Origin: Thermodesulfobacteriota bacterium
GTDB lineage: Bacteria; Desulfobacterota; Desulfobacteria; Desulfobacterales; JARGFK01
Direction: 5' to 3'
Length of the DNA stretch: 64,000 nucleotides
NCBI GenBank assembly: GCA_040757625.1
Contig: JBFLWU010000008.1
Span: forward strand, 7,865-71,864
The first letter of the stretch is position 1. Every line of letters starts with the position of its first letter. The notes under the pieces are model-generated. The model was not told the DNA's origin and did no database searches. It worked only from the letters and a program-made list of their open reading frames with translations. A program made the translations under genes and the position numbers. Of the stretch, positions 8,695-18,093 are shown one piece after another.

Positions 8695-9780
8695 TCAGAT
8701 ATCCAATCGTTCGCCGGCCCGTTTTCTCTCCCGCCCGTGGAAAACAGCGCTTTTTTCTTTGACGAAGTCGACCAGAAATTTCAGGTTGTCGGGGGAGACG
8801 TCCGGCAGGATCCCGTGACCGAGATTAAAAATATGGCCGTCATGAGGACCGTATGATTCTAAAACCTTCCAGGCCTGTCGGGCGATATTTTCATGATGCA
8901 TATAGAGCACCGTGGGATCCAGGTTCCCCTGCAGCGCGACCTGGCGGCCGACCATTTTTCGGACCTCGCCGATGTCCATGGTCCAGTCAAGGCCCAATAC
9001 ATCCGCACCGCAGCCGGCCAGCCTGTTCAATCGGAAATGGACCCCCTTGGCAAATACGATAACCGGTTCATCCGCGCGCCTGATCTGAGAGATGGTCCTT
9101 TCAATGTATCTCAAGGAAAACGCTTCAAAATCATCCGGTGAAAGGATGCCCCCCCAGGTGTCGAAAATCTGAACCGCGTTGACGCCCGCCTCGATTTTTG
9201 CACTCAGGTACGCGGAAGCGGTATCGGCGATCATCTCCAACAGGCGATGGGCCGCCCGGGGATAATTGTAGACAAAATATTTAACTTTTGAAAAATTTTT
9301 TGAGCCCTGCCCCTCGACCATGTAGGTCAGCAGCGTCCAGGGAGAGCCGCTGAAACCGATCAGCGGAACCCTGCCGGCCAATTGCTTTTTAGCCAGCGTT
9401 ACCGCATCAAGCACGTATCTTAAATCTTCCGTGGGGTCAATGGTCCTGATCCGGCTGATATCATCTTCGCTTCGAATCGGATTCGGAAAGACCGGCCCTC
9501 TGCCTTCATACATCTCCAGTTGCATTCCCATCGCTTCTGGAATCACCAGAATATCGGAAAAAATTATGGCGGCATCTACACCGATGATATCAACCGGCTG
9601 AATGGTCACCTCGGCGGCCAGTTCCGGCGTTTTGCACATGGTCATGAAGTCAGCCTGTTCGCGAATGACCCGATACTCAGGCAAATACCGCCCGGCCTGG
9701 CGCATGACCCATATGGGGGTGCGTTCAACCGGCAGCCGCCTGCACGCGCGTAAGAACAGATCATTTTTCAGCAAAGCCAC
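8695..9780 (-). CDS. hemE: uroporphyrinogen decarboxylase
   Basis: 361 aa. TPIWVMRQAGRYLPEYR signature. GTG start. Confidence 0.92.
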   Translation of the reverse strand: MALLKNDLFLRACRRLPVERTPIWVMRQAGRYLPEYRVIREQADFMTMCKTPELAAEVTIQPVDIIGVDAAIIFSDILVIPEAMGMQLEMYEGRGPVFPNPIRSEDDISRIRTIDPTEDLRYVLDAVTLAKKQLAGRVPLIGFSGSPWTLLTYMVEGQGSKNFSKVKYFVYNYPRAAHRLLEMIADTASAYLSAKIEAGVNAVQIFDTWGGILSPDDFEAFSLRYIERTISQIRRADEPVIVFAKGVHFRLNRLAGCGADVLGLDWTMDIGEVRKMVGRQVALQGNLDPTVLYMHHENIARQAWKVLESYGPHDGHIFNLGHGILPDVSPDNLKFLVDFVKEKSAVFHGRERKRAGERLDI

Positions 9781-10044
9781 TGTTTTCTCCCGTAAAAATG
9801 GTCCCGGTACGGAGCGTGTTCTGTTCCGGCTGATATGTTATTGCCGCATGGATGCCCTATCTATAATGACAACTTGCAGAATCTTACTGATAATTTAAGA
9901 TATTAATCCGTTTTTGTAAATGGGAAACAGAAAGGTTATCACCAATTGAACATAAGGTAATCGAATCGACGGCGGATGATTTCCGCAAAAGGCATGAAAA
10001 ACGCTGATCAAACTGACCGTTGAGCCGAACAGAAACCCGACAGG

Positions 10045-10752
10045 TCAAAACCGTCTATATTTCCCCTTAATCCGTTTGATGGTTTTCGGAATAAAGAAAG
10101 AAAATATGAACAGCGCTACCGAAAAGAAAACTTTAAGCGACACCAGACGGCTCCAGTCGCCCGAGGCCCAGACGTCCACAGCCGTCCCGATAAAAAACGT
10201 AAAAATAAAAGTGCCGACAATAATCCCGAGGCCGGTGCCGAAAAAATAATCCCCGAATCCGACCCTGGTCAACCCCATGCCGAAATTCATGGGGGTAAAG
10301 GGAAAATAGACCAGCCGCAGATAGAGTACGGTCGCAAATCCGTTGCGCGCGACGGCATCGTCATATTTTTGCAACTTTTCACCGATCAGGGAGGCAGCGA
10401 ACTCTCTTCCCATGGTGCGACCGATATAAAAGGCCGCGCTGGCGCCCGCCATAGCGCCGATCCATACGTAAACAAAGCCCCGGTACGGTCCGAAAATGGC
10501 CGCACCCAATCCGGTCAGCAGCGTCCCCGGTATAAAGAGGCACACCCCTAGAGCATACACCAGTATAAAAATCAGCGGCGCCCACAGACCGGCCATGTCC
10601 AGAAAACGGCCCAGCGTATCTGCGGTCAGATAGCTCTTGACCGGCGTAAATCTCACCAGCAAAACGGCCGTCACTATAAAAATAAACAGCCCCGCAGCTT
10701 TTATGATACTTTTGGTGCGGTTCGGATTCGGCGGTTGCCGGACAGGCTCCAT
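10045..10752 (-). CDS. TVP38/TMEM64 (DedA-related, VTT domain) membrane protein
   Basis: 235 aa, multi-pass hydrophobic profile. Family-like motifs LGVCLFIPGTLLTGLGAAIFGP and AASLIGEKL. Confidence 0.7.
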   Translation of the reverse strand: MEPVRQPPNPNRTKSIIKAAGLFIFIVTAVLLVRFTPVKSYLTADTLGRFLDMAGLWAPLIFILVYALGVCLFIPGTLLTGLGAAIFGPYRGFVYVWIGAMAGASAAFYIGRTMGREFAASLIGEKLQKYDDAVARNGFATVLYLRLVYFPFTPMNFGMGLTRVGFGDYFFGTGLGIIVGTFIFTFFIGTAVDVWASGDWSRLVSLKVFFSVALFIFSFFIPKTIKRIKGKYRRF

Positions 10753-11121
10753 GCGCCATCTCCCCTCGAAGAGGTCAAGTCAAAGCCTTTATGTTTCGGG
10801 AACACATCCGTTGCCCGATAAATCTTCAAACAGAATGGATAGAACTTTTGCCAAACCTTTTATCCATTGTAATTTCTAAGCGTCTCTCTTGAACCCCTGG
10901 ACCCTTGGCCCCCCGGACCCTTTCCAGATTCAACGAATCTGGAGATGATCTTTACTTTATGCCATTTCTCATAATAATCAAGCCCATATTGCTCCCGGCA
11001 TTTCAGCTATCTTGTTTTTATTGCTATTGATACGGATTTAATTTAAGGTGGGCAAATTTAAAGAAATCCCTGTTGGGATTGCACTTTAAGAGAGGTTCCG
11101 TACATCGTTTTTTAAACTGAA

Positions 11122-11757
11122 ATGAATTCAGCTGAAAAATCAATTGATTATCTTATTTCGCGCAGCGGCTTCGTCGGCCGGCAGCTATTAAAACTGGCCC
11201 GCTGGTTGCTCATGAACAACGGCACTGCGGTAAAATCCTCCCACGGCCTGACCGGTTTCTGGCAGCAGCAGATCCGCCACAACCGCCTGCGGATCATTCG
11301 CGCCTTGAGCGGTTTCATGATCGTTTTCTATACCTATTACATCGGAGGATCATTGACCCGCAGCGACCAGCAGACCTTTGCCAAACTTAACGGCATGGAT
11401 GGAAATGCCTACCGGTTGACGCTCTATAACGCCTGCTTTTGCGGGATCCCCACCGCCATGGGTTACTTTTTGCTGGGCGAAGGTTTCAGCCTGCTGAAAG
11501 GCCTCCATTCCCTGGCGGAGCTCCCTTCTCTGATTGCCCAGCAAACCTCACTGGGCATGGGCATTCTGAGTCTGGCCGTTGATATATTTCGCATGATCGA
11601 TTCCGCCTGGCATCGCCGCTGCTGGGCCCCCCTGGGAATGTTCCCCCTTCTCATCAACCTGCCCACCTATCTGAAACTGATATGGACCCGGGTCGCCTCC
11701 TCGGCGAAAGCGTCGCCCCCCTGGTATCGGGAACGCAAGTCAAACGGCCAGGAATAA
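11122..11757 (+). CDS. hypothetical membrane protein
   Basis: 211-aa ORF with several hydrophobic segments. No family recognised. Confidence 0.5.
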   Translation: MNSAEKSIDYLISRSGFVGRQLLKLARWLLMNNGTAVKSSHGLTGFWQQQIRHNRLRIIRALSGFMIVFYTYYIGGSLTRSDQQTFAKLNGMDGNAYRLTLYNACFCGIPTAMGYFLLGEGFSLLKGLHSLAELPSLIAQQTSLGMGILSLAVDIFRMIDSAWHRRCWAPLGMFPLLINLPTYLKLIWTRVASSAKASPPWYRERKSNGQE

Positions 11758-11779
11758 AGGTCTCGTAAGGAGAACATTT

Positions 11780-12727
11780 ATGACTGCTTTATCCTTCCAT
11801 TTCATTTGTTCCAGACTTCGTCCGGCATTATCATTGGCAGCCGCTATGGGGCTGCTGATCGCCGTAATCTCATGCGCTGCATCGAACCAGATCAGCGAAC
11901 CTGAATTTACGCGCAAGTCCGGAGTTGAATTTGCCAAGGAGAGCCAGAAGCTCGATGTGCCCTATGTGGTGACCCATCAGGCCGTCGTCAGGGCCATGCT
12001 GGATCTGGCTGCCGTCCGGCCGGAAGACTATCTGATCGACCTCGGTTCCGGCGACGGCCGCATCAATATTATTGCTGCAAAAAGTTACGGCGCCCGGGGC
12101 TTTGGCGTTGACTTGAACGCCAAGCTGGTAGAATTAAGCCGGCAGTACGCTTTACAGGCCGGCATCGCCGACCGCGTCGCTTTTTATGTAAAAGACCTGT
12201 TTCTGACAGATATCGGCGCGGCCGATGTGGTAACGATGTATCTGCTGCCGGAAGTCAATTTAAAACTGCGGCCCAAACTGCTCAAAGAGCTCAAGCCGGG
12301 CGCCCGCGTGGTGTCTCAGGACTTTCACATGGAAGCCTGGCGCCCGGACGACATCCGCATCGTAAAAGATGAAAAGGGCGAAGACCGATTCCTTTACCTG
12401 TGGTTCGTTCCTGCCGCTGTCGGCGGCCGGTGGCAATGGCAAATCCCCATCTTGAGCGACGATCAGTCCTTTGTTTTAGAAATTAATCAGGATTTCCAGA
12501 ATATCGGAGGAACCGCACTGAATCAGAATATTCAATGGCGCATCTTTAACGCGTCCCTTACCGGCGATCAAATCCGGTTTTCCGTGATCAGTGAAGCGGA
12601 TGACCGCATGGTTCGACAGGACTACCAGGGACGCGTAAAGGGGAATATCATTGAAGGAACGGTTCGACTGGGCGGAACCATTGCCCCGGAAGTTCTGAAA
12701 TGGCAGGCGGAACGCTTGAACGGCTAG
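11780..12727 (+). CDS. class I SAM-dependent methyltransferase with lipoprotein signal peptide
   Basis: Signal peptide plus lipobox (LLIAVISC), SAM motif I YLIDLGSGDGRINIIAA, beta-rich C-terminal domain of unknown type. Confidence 0.75.
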   Translation: MTALSFHFICSRLRPALSLAAAMGLLIAVISCAASNQISEPEFTRKSGVEFAKESQKLDVPYVVTHQAVVRAMLDLAAVRPEDYLIDLGSGDGRINIIAAKSYGARGFGVDLNAKLVELSRQYALQAGIADRVAFYVKDLFLTDIGAADVVTMYLLPEVNLKLRPKLLKELKPGARVVSQDFHMEAWRPDDIRIVKDEKGEDRFLYLWFVPAAVGGRWQWQIPILSDDQSFVLEINQDFQNIGGTALNQNIQWRIFNASLTGDQIRFSVISEADDRMVRQDYQGRVKGNIIEGTVRLGGTIAPEVLKWQAERLNG

Positions 12728-12986
12728 TGTCGTGCCCCGGAAATAGATTCAATTTTTATTTGCCGCTCATAAAGGAAAGCGGGCATATTTTGGAGAAGGC
12801 CGGCATGCGTTTCAGTCAGCAAGATCTAGGCCGATGACCAGGATTCGAATCGGATAATGGCAAACAATCATTCAGCAAATTTTTTGTCATGCCGATTCGA
12901 ATCCGGACACCGGGGTACCATAGGGTTCATACCGGCCGTATCCAAAATGTGGCCGTTTTATAAGTTATTTCCGGGACGCAACACTA
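12725..12986. repeat. about 260-bp imperfect palindrome, repeat family C (full copy; MITE/REP-like)
   Basis: Left arm tagtgtcgtgccccggaaata...gggcatattttggagaaggccggcatg...ccaggattcgaatcgg mirrors right arm ccgattcgaatccgg...cataccggccgtatccaaaatgtggcc...tatttccgggacgcaacacta. Starts on the stop codon of the upstream gene. Confidence 0.75.
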
Positions 12987-13010
12987 GACGCCATCTCAAT
13001 CAAACGATTC

Positions 13011-13068
13011 GCTAAATGCATGAGCTGTCGCCACTTAACCGTTTGCCGGCGGTCCGTCCGGGGATAGC
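13011..13068. repeat. intergenic repeat, family B (second copy)
   Basis: See 8581-8643. Lies about 25 nt after the family C palindrome. Confidence 0.6.
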
Positions 13069-13176
13069 TTATAGTCAAAATGCATTCAGATCGATGCTGC
13101 ACAATCAGGTGTTTCAAAATTTCTTTTTTTGTGATATTCTTCAGCCATCAAAAACGCAGCTTAAAAGGAGGAAACG

Positions 13177-13473
13177 ATGGCGGTAAAAGTTCTCATCAAA
13201 CGAACAGTCCCCCAGGACAAGGCCAGAGAAATCATCCCCCTTTTCCGGCAGATGCGAAGCCAGGCAAACAATCAGCCGGGTTATATTTCCGGTGAAACTT
13301 TAAAAAGTCTGGACCGGCCCGATACCTTTCTGGTTATCAGCACCTGGCAGTCATCCAATGACTGGCACAAATGGCTGTCAAGCAGGGAAAGGCAGGAAGT
13401 TCAGAAAAAAATCGACGCCGTACTGGGTGGAAAAACCGAATACGAAATATTTCATTACGGCTTTTCGGAATAA
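13177..13473 (+). CDS. antibiotic-biosynthesis-monooxygenase (ABM) domain protein
   Basis: 98 aa with a ferredoxin-like ABM pattern (PGYISGETLKS...FLVISTWQSSNDWHKW). RBS aaaggagg. Confidence 0.75.
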   Translation: MAVKVLIKRTVPQDKAREIIPLFRQMRSQANNQPGYISGETLKSLDRPDTFLVISTWQSSNDWHKWLSSRERQEVQKKIDAVLGGKTEYEIFHYGFSE

Positions 13474-13609
13474 CCGGGATTTGATGCTTCCAGAACCCCA
13501 TCTGAAAAAAACATATGGCGCCCGGGGGCTGTGATATTTGCCGATACAAAATGCTCACGTCCTAGCGTGCATGCTCCGCTTTCTCATCGGCAGCTGTCTT
13601 GCCTGAAAC

Positions 13610-13639
13610 AAAAGGCCCCGCCATGTGGCGGGGCCTTTT
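13610..13639. terminator. bidirectional rho-independent terminator
   Basis: aaaaggccccgcc-atgt-ggcggggcctttt is a perfect 13-bp GC-rich stem flanked by A/T runs, between the convergent ABM and AOR genes. Confidence 0.8.
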
Positions 13640-13662
13640 GTTATCTCATCTATGGTATTATT

Positions 13663-15825
13663 TTACGCACTTAACACGCGCTTTCGCGCTGCCCGGACGA
13701 TATCAAAATATTCCTTTGCATCAAATCCCAGGCGAATCAGGGTTTCATCCAGGGGGATGCCGTTGAGATCGAACCCCTTTTCCAGATAAACCACATCAGC
13801 TAATTTTTCGTATTGATCATTCCGGTATTTCTGCAGCGCGCTCAGCATGTCCGCATCGTTCATGCCGCTCACATTGATCTCCGCCACGTCAATCAGATAT
13901 TGCTGATAATAGGTTTTGCGCGACAGAAATTCATTCATGTAAACCGGCGCTTTGGCCCGCAGGGGAATACCATCATACATGCGGGTCCCGAACCCCTGGC
14001 GCAGATTGATCAACTTGTGCAACAGATAGCTTCGCTCCGACTCCGTCAGAAGATCATCCAGGGTTTTTCGGGTCCCGAGGGTACCGTTTACCAGACCGAG
14101 ATAATACGCGATAGTCGGCAGGTTCTTGGCGGGATCGTCCGTGTTTTTTGCCTCGGGATGGCGCACGTCAATCCACGGCAGCTTGCACAGGCCGACAATG
14201 TTGAACCATGTGCGAAACAGTGGAAACCACCGTAACGCCGAAGCCTTTTTTTCAAAGGTGGGCAGCTCTTTTTTGATCTGATCCAGTGCGATGAGCCAGG
14301 CTTCATCGTGCTGCGGCCCTTTCAGGGCAAAGCCATAGCCGCCCTGCTGGGCCAGCGACTCCTTGGTGATATACATCGAAAATTCCAGGCCCTTGCTTTC
14401 CATGGCAAATTGCTCAAGTTCGGCCATGATCTCTTCCGGCGGTCGTCCGCTGCGCGAAGCCGCAAGGTTTGCAATATATCGCTTCATGTGGCGCACGCCT
14501 TTGCCGGCCTCCCCGACCAGCCCCTTTTCACCGGAAGCCATGCGATGCAGCAAATCTAAAACCGTATCGACTTTTCCCCATTCCAGTTTGAGACCGCCGG
14601 TGTCCTCCGGCGCCAGAAAATTGCGCTCAAAGGCTTCAAACAGGAACGACATCACCACGCCGGCGCTGATCGTATCCAGGCCGTACTCATCGCAGTACCA
14701 GGCATATTCGAGCATGCCGTCGACATCAAAAATTCCCAGGTTGGTGACCGCCGCCGCCGTCTCGTACTCCGGTCCGTCCACCGCAACGGTCCTGCCGGCG
14801 CAGGGTCCGGTCTTGAGGGTATATTCCTCGCAGCCCTTGGTACAGGCCAGGTTGCAGCCGGCAAAACAGCCGTCGGGTCTTCGCTGTGCAAAAATCCTGC
14901 TTTCAAATATCTTGCCGGACACGTTCCTGGCGCGTTCATCGCTGCCGTATTGATAATTATTTACCGGCAGCAGATGATTCGGGTTCATCATGTCTATCAG
15001 GGATGTCGTCCCCTGAGTGCCCAGACTCATGTAGCCCGGGTCCACTTCGCGGATGACGTTGCGGATGTTTTTGCCGGCTTCCCGCAACTGCTCGCGGTCG
15101 GCCGGATGATTTGAAATTCCGGTGGATATATCGCATTTTACAATAATGCCCCGCAGTCCCTTGGCGCGCATGATCGTGCCCAGGCCGCCGCGGCCGGCCT
15201 GTTTTGCCCGGCAGCGTTTTCGCCTGACATCGTAGTAGACGCTGTTGATACAGCCGAAAAACGTATGTCTGGCCCCCCGGCCGGCACACACGAAGGCCAC
15301 CCCGGCAGGACTCCCCTCGCCTTTGAACCGGTCAATCGTCTGTTCCGCTTCGAGGAGGGAAAATTCAGCTTCAGGCGCGTCGACGATACCGATCCTGCCG
15401 GCGTCGCCGTCAATAACCACCATGACGTCTTTGGCCGATTTTCCGGTGACCGCGATGGCGTCAAATCCCGCCTGTTTGACCAGGGGGAAAAAATAACCGC
15501 CGACATTGGAATCGCAAAAGGTCCGGGTCAGGGGTGAAATCGATCCCACGATAAATTTGCCGGTGCCGGCAAACCCGCTTTCCCCGCAAAACGGTCCCCC
15601 GGCAAGGGCCAGCACATTTTCCGGGCTGTCATAGGTCGTATCCTTATGGGTGCCGTCATAGACAAGTTTCAGGCAGTAGCCGCGGCCGCCCACAAACATG
15701 CTGCGCATTTTGTCCGGAATCTTTTCAACAATGATTTTGCCGCTGCTCAGATCAACCCGCAGCAGCCGGTCGGTGTACCCTCGTTCCACCGCTGCCCTGG
15801 AATATTCGATCGATTTGTTTGGCAT
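13663..15825 (-). CDS. aldehyde:ferredoxin oxidoreductase (AOR) family tungstopterin enzyme, long form (about 720 aa)
   Basis: AOR N-terminal domain (GYTDRLLRVDLSSGKI...GGRGY), central and C-terminal AOR domains, Cys-rich cluster region (DGCFAGCNLACTKGC). Start taken at MPNKS. Confidence 0.85.
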   Translation of the reverse strand: MPNKSIEYSRAAVERGYTDRLLRVDLSSGKIIVEKIPDKMRSMFVGGRGYCLKLVYDGTHKDTTYDSPENVLALAGGPFCGESGFAGTGKFIVGSISPLTRTFCDSNVGGYFFPLVKQAGFDAIAVTGKSAKDVMVVIDGDAGRIGIVDAPEAEFSLLEAEQTIDRFKGEGSPAGVAFVCAGRGARHTFFGCINSVYYDVRRKRCRAKQAGRGGLGTIMRAKGLRGIIVKCDISTGISNHPADREQLREAGKNIRNVIREVDPGYMSLGTQGTTSLIDMMNPNHLLPVNNYQYGSDERARNVSGKIFESRIFAQRRPDGCFAGCNLACTKGCEEYTLKTGPCAGRTVAVDGPEYETAAAVTNLGIFDVDGMLEYAWYCDEYGLDTISAGVVMSFLFEAFERNFLAPEDTGGLKLEWGKVDTVLDLLHRMASGEKGLVGEAGKGVRHMKRYIANLAASRSGRPPEEIMAELEQFAMESKGLEFSMYITKESLAQQGGYGFALKGPQHDEAWLIALDQIKKELPTFEKKASALRWFPLFRTWFNIVGLCKLPWIDVRHPEAKNTDDPAKNLPTIAYYLGLVNGTLGTRKTLDDLLTESERSYLLHKLINLRQGFGTRMYDGIPLRAKAPVYMNEFLSRKTYYQQYLIDVAEINVSGMNDADMLSALQKYRNDQYEKLADVVYLEKGFDLNGIPLDETLIRLGFDAKEYFDIVRAARKRVLSA

Positions 15826-15917
15826 ATTCCGCTCCTCTTGGAAAATCAACGTTAGAAGAAGCTATATAGTAAGATCGTGTTTAGCTGTCAAGTTAAAGAC
15901 TTACATTGCGCCTAATT

Positions 15918-15990
15918 CCCGGTGCACCCTGCCCGCAAAAGGCCGCCAAAGCGCTGGGGATGGCGGCCCGACACGTCTGGCGCAACCGGG
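15918..15990 (-). other. GC-rich nested-helix element in the putative AOR 5' leader
   Basis: cccggtgc (15918-15925) pairs with gcaaccggg (15982-15990), and ggccgcc (15941-15947) pairs with ggcggcc (15962-15968). It is an island of GC in an otherwise AT-rich divergent region. No known riboswitch consensus recognised. Confidence 0.3.
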
Positions 15991-16087
15991 TCGATTCATT
16001 TTTAAACCCTCAATCTAAATATATGTGGTTATTATTAGTTATTATAAGTAATATAAAGAAATTTATTACCATATTAAAAAAATTATA

Positions 16088-16116
16088 TTGACTTATAATA
16101 ACTTAGAAATTATGTA
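16088..16116 (+). promoter_or_regulatory. candidate sigma-70 promoter for tunR-like/tupABC
   Basis: TTGACT - 17 nt - TATGTA, about 100 nt upstream of the 16217 ATG, inside a very AT-rich divergent control region (16010-16130). Confidence 0.4.
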
Positions 16117-16216
16117 ATCGTGACTTTTAACCCTAAAAGCCCTGAGCGGGTGTTTACATCGCTCGTTCGGAAAATTTAAGCATAACGCAACCGGATCCAA
16201 CCGCCGGGAGAATCAA

Positions 16217-17152
16217 ATGAGAAACCTGATGACAACCAAGGAAGTCGCTCAATTTCTGGAAGTCAATGAAAAAATGGTTTACACTCTGGTGGCTGAAAAA
16301 GGCCTGCCGGCCACCAAGGTCACCGGCAAGTGGCTCTTTCCGCGCCATCTGGTGGAGCAGTGGATCGAAGTGCACACCAGCAATTACCCCCGGCAGACTG
16401 CCCACCTGCCACCTTATGAGGGGATTTTGATCATCACCGGCAGCAACGACCCCCTGCTGGACCGGTCGATTTCTCTTTTTAACACGCTATATCCCGATCA
16501 TATCGCCGTTTTCGGAAACCTGGGAAGCATGGGGGGGCTGAGGGCCCTGCGGCAGAACCGCTGCCATATCGCCTCCAGTCATCTGCTGCAGGAAGATGAA
16601 GCTGAATACAATTTTGCCTTTGCCGCCAGGGAACTGGGAGCCCTGCCGGCCGTCATCAACTTCTGCCGGCGCGAACAGGGCATTCTGGTTCAACGGGGAA
16701 ATCCTAAAAAGATTGCCGCCGTCGCCGACCTGGGAGCAGCCGGCATCCGGATCGTCAACCGCCCCCTGGGCACCGGCACCCGCCTGCTGCTGGACCGGGA
16801 ACTGGTCAAGGCTGGCGTGGACGGCAGCGCCGTGAAGGGCTATCAGCATGAAGTCGGCCGTCACCTGGATGTGGGCCTTGAGATTTTATCCGGCCGCGCC
16901 GATGCCGGACCGGGAATCCGCGCGGTGGCCGGATTGCTCGATCTTGATTTTATTCCGCTGCGCTGGGAACGCTTTGACCTGCTGGTTTCCAAGGACAGAT
17001 TCTTTGATGAGGGCGTCCAGCTGTTTTTAGGCCTGCTGGTGGAAAAGACCTTTAAAGAAACTGCAGCCCAGTACACCGGTTATGACGTGGAGTTCTCCGG
17101 AAAGATGGTTTACCCTAGGGGACCAGAAAAAAATAATGCGTATATCGGTTGA
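16217..17152 (+). CDS. HTH (excisionase/MerR-type) plus periplasmic-binding-protein-like domain regulator, TunR-like tungstate/molybdate-responsive candidate
   Basis: N-terminus TTKEVAQFLEVNEKMVYTLVAEKGLPATKVTGKWLFPRHLVEQWI is the excisionase-type HTH. The remaining roughly 250 aa look like a PBP-like oxyanion-binding fold. Sits directly upstream of tupABC and divergent from a W enzyme. Confidence 0.65.
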   Translation: MRNLMTTKEVAQFLEVNEKMVYTLVAEKGLPATKVTGKWLFPRHLVEQWIEVHTSNYPRQTAHLPPYEGILIITGSNDPLLDRSISLFNTLYPDHIAVFGNLGSMGGLRALRQNRCHIASSHLLQEDEAEYNFAFAARELGALPAVINFCRREQGILVQRGNPKKIAAVADLGAAGIRIVNRPLGTGTRLLLDRELVKAGVDGSAVKGYQHEVGRHLDVGLEILSGRADAGPGIRAVAGLLDLDFIPLRWERFDLLVSKDRFFDEGVQLFLGLLVEKTFKETAAQYTGYDVEFSGKMVYPRGPEKNNAYIG

Positions 17153-17194
17153 TGAAAACGCGGCCGCCATATTAATCGAAAAGGTGTAAAGGCA

Positions 17195-18091
17195 ATGAAA
17201 AAATGTTCGTTAGGTTTATTGGTGATCCTGTTGACTCTCTTTATCGCTGCTGCAACCGCAACTGCCCTGGACAAGACGCTTAAAATGTCCACCACCACCA
17301 GCACCGAGGCATCGGGGCTGCTGGATGTCCTTTTGCCGGCGCTGGAAAAGGGCACCGGCATTCAGGTGAAAGTCTTTGCCAAGGGAACCGGCGCCGCCAT
17401 CCGTGACGGCATGGACGGCAACGTGGACGTCATCTTTGTACATGACCGCGAAAGAGAAGACCAGTTTGTGGCTGAAGGTTATGGCACCAAACGCTATGCC
17501 GTTATGCACAACGATTTTGTCATCACCGGACCTCCCAAAGATCCGGCCGGCATCAAGGGGCTGAAAGACGCCGCCGCAGCCCTGAAAAAAATCGCCGCAG
17601 CCAAAGTGCTGTTTATCTCCCGCGGGGACGACAGCGGCACCCACGGCAAGGAGCAGGCCCTGTGGAAATCCAGCGGCGTTCCCACTAACACCCAGCGCGT
17701 TGAAGTGATCAGCGGCGGCAAGAAACAAACCATCAGCTTCATCGTCCCCCAGGGATCCGAAAAATGGTACCTTTCCATCGGGCAGGGGATGGGCAAGACC
17801 ATCACTTTCGCCGACGAAAAGCAGGCTTACACCCTGGCCGACCGGGGCACTTACATCAGCTCCAAATACGGCAAGGACGCCAAGCTCGAACTTGAAATCC
17901 TGTGCGAAGGCGGCGATGACCTGGCCAATCCCTATGGCGTTGTTCCGGTCAACCCCAAAAAGTTCCCCCATGTGAAATACGACCTGGCGGAACAATTCGC
18001 CCAGTGGCTTGTGTCCGCAAAGGGCCAGTCCGTGATAGCAGGTTACCAGGTGCTGGGAAAGCAGCTGTTTTTTCCGGACGCCGTAAAGTAA
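17195..18091 (+). CDS. tupA: tungstate ABC transporter substrate-binding protein
   Basis: Signal peptide, TTTS motif (LKMSTTTSTEASGLLDVLLP), SRGDDSGTH. Followed by permease and ATPase genes. Confidence 0.85.
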   Translation: MKKCSLGLLVILLTLFIAAATATALDKTLKMSTTTSTEASGLLDVLLPALEKGTGIQVKVFAKGTGAAIRDGMDGNVDVIFVHDREREDQFVAEGYGTKRYAVMHNDFVITGPPKDPAGIKGLKDAAAALKKIAAAKVLFISRGDDSGTHGKEQALWKSSGVPTNTQRVEVISGGKKQTISFIVPQGSEKWYLSIGQGMGKTITFADEKQAYTLADRGTYISSKYGKDAKLELEILCEGGDDLANPYGVVPVNPKKFPHVKYDLAEQFAQWLVSAKGQSVIAGYQVLGKQLFFPDAVK

Positions 18092-18093
18092 AT

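Noticed and set aside
12840-12925. tRNA or tRNA-like element suggested by the gattcgaatcc motifs.
   Set aside because: No cloverleaf can be drawn. The flanks do not give a 5-bp T-stem or an acceptor stem. The motif is simply the palindromic core of the family C repeat. No tRNA or rRNA was recognised anywhere in the window.
13663-15825. AOR-family gene as BamB of a class II benzoyl-CoA reductase, with the Hdr-like operon as BamDEF.
   Set aside because: The two loci are more than 20 kb apart on opposite strands and under different promoters. No BamC or BamGHI (NuoEFG-like) genes are present. The AOR N-terminus does not resemble the BamB sequence as I recall it.
15850-16216. Moco/Tuco riboswitch upstream of the AOR or tup genes.
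   Set aside because: I could not locate the conserved Moco-motif sequence blocks on either strand. Only a generic GC-rich nested helix is reported, at low confidence.
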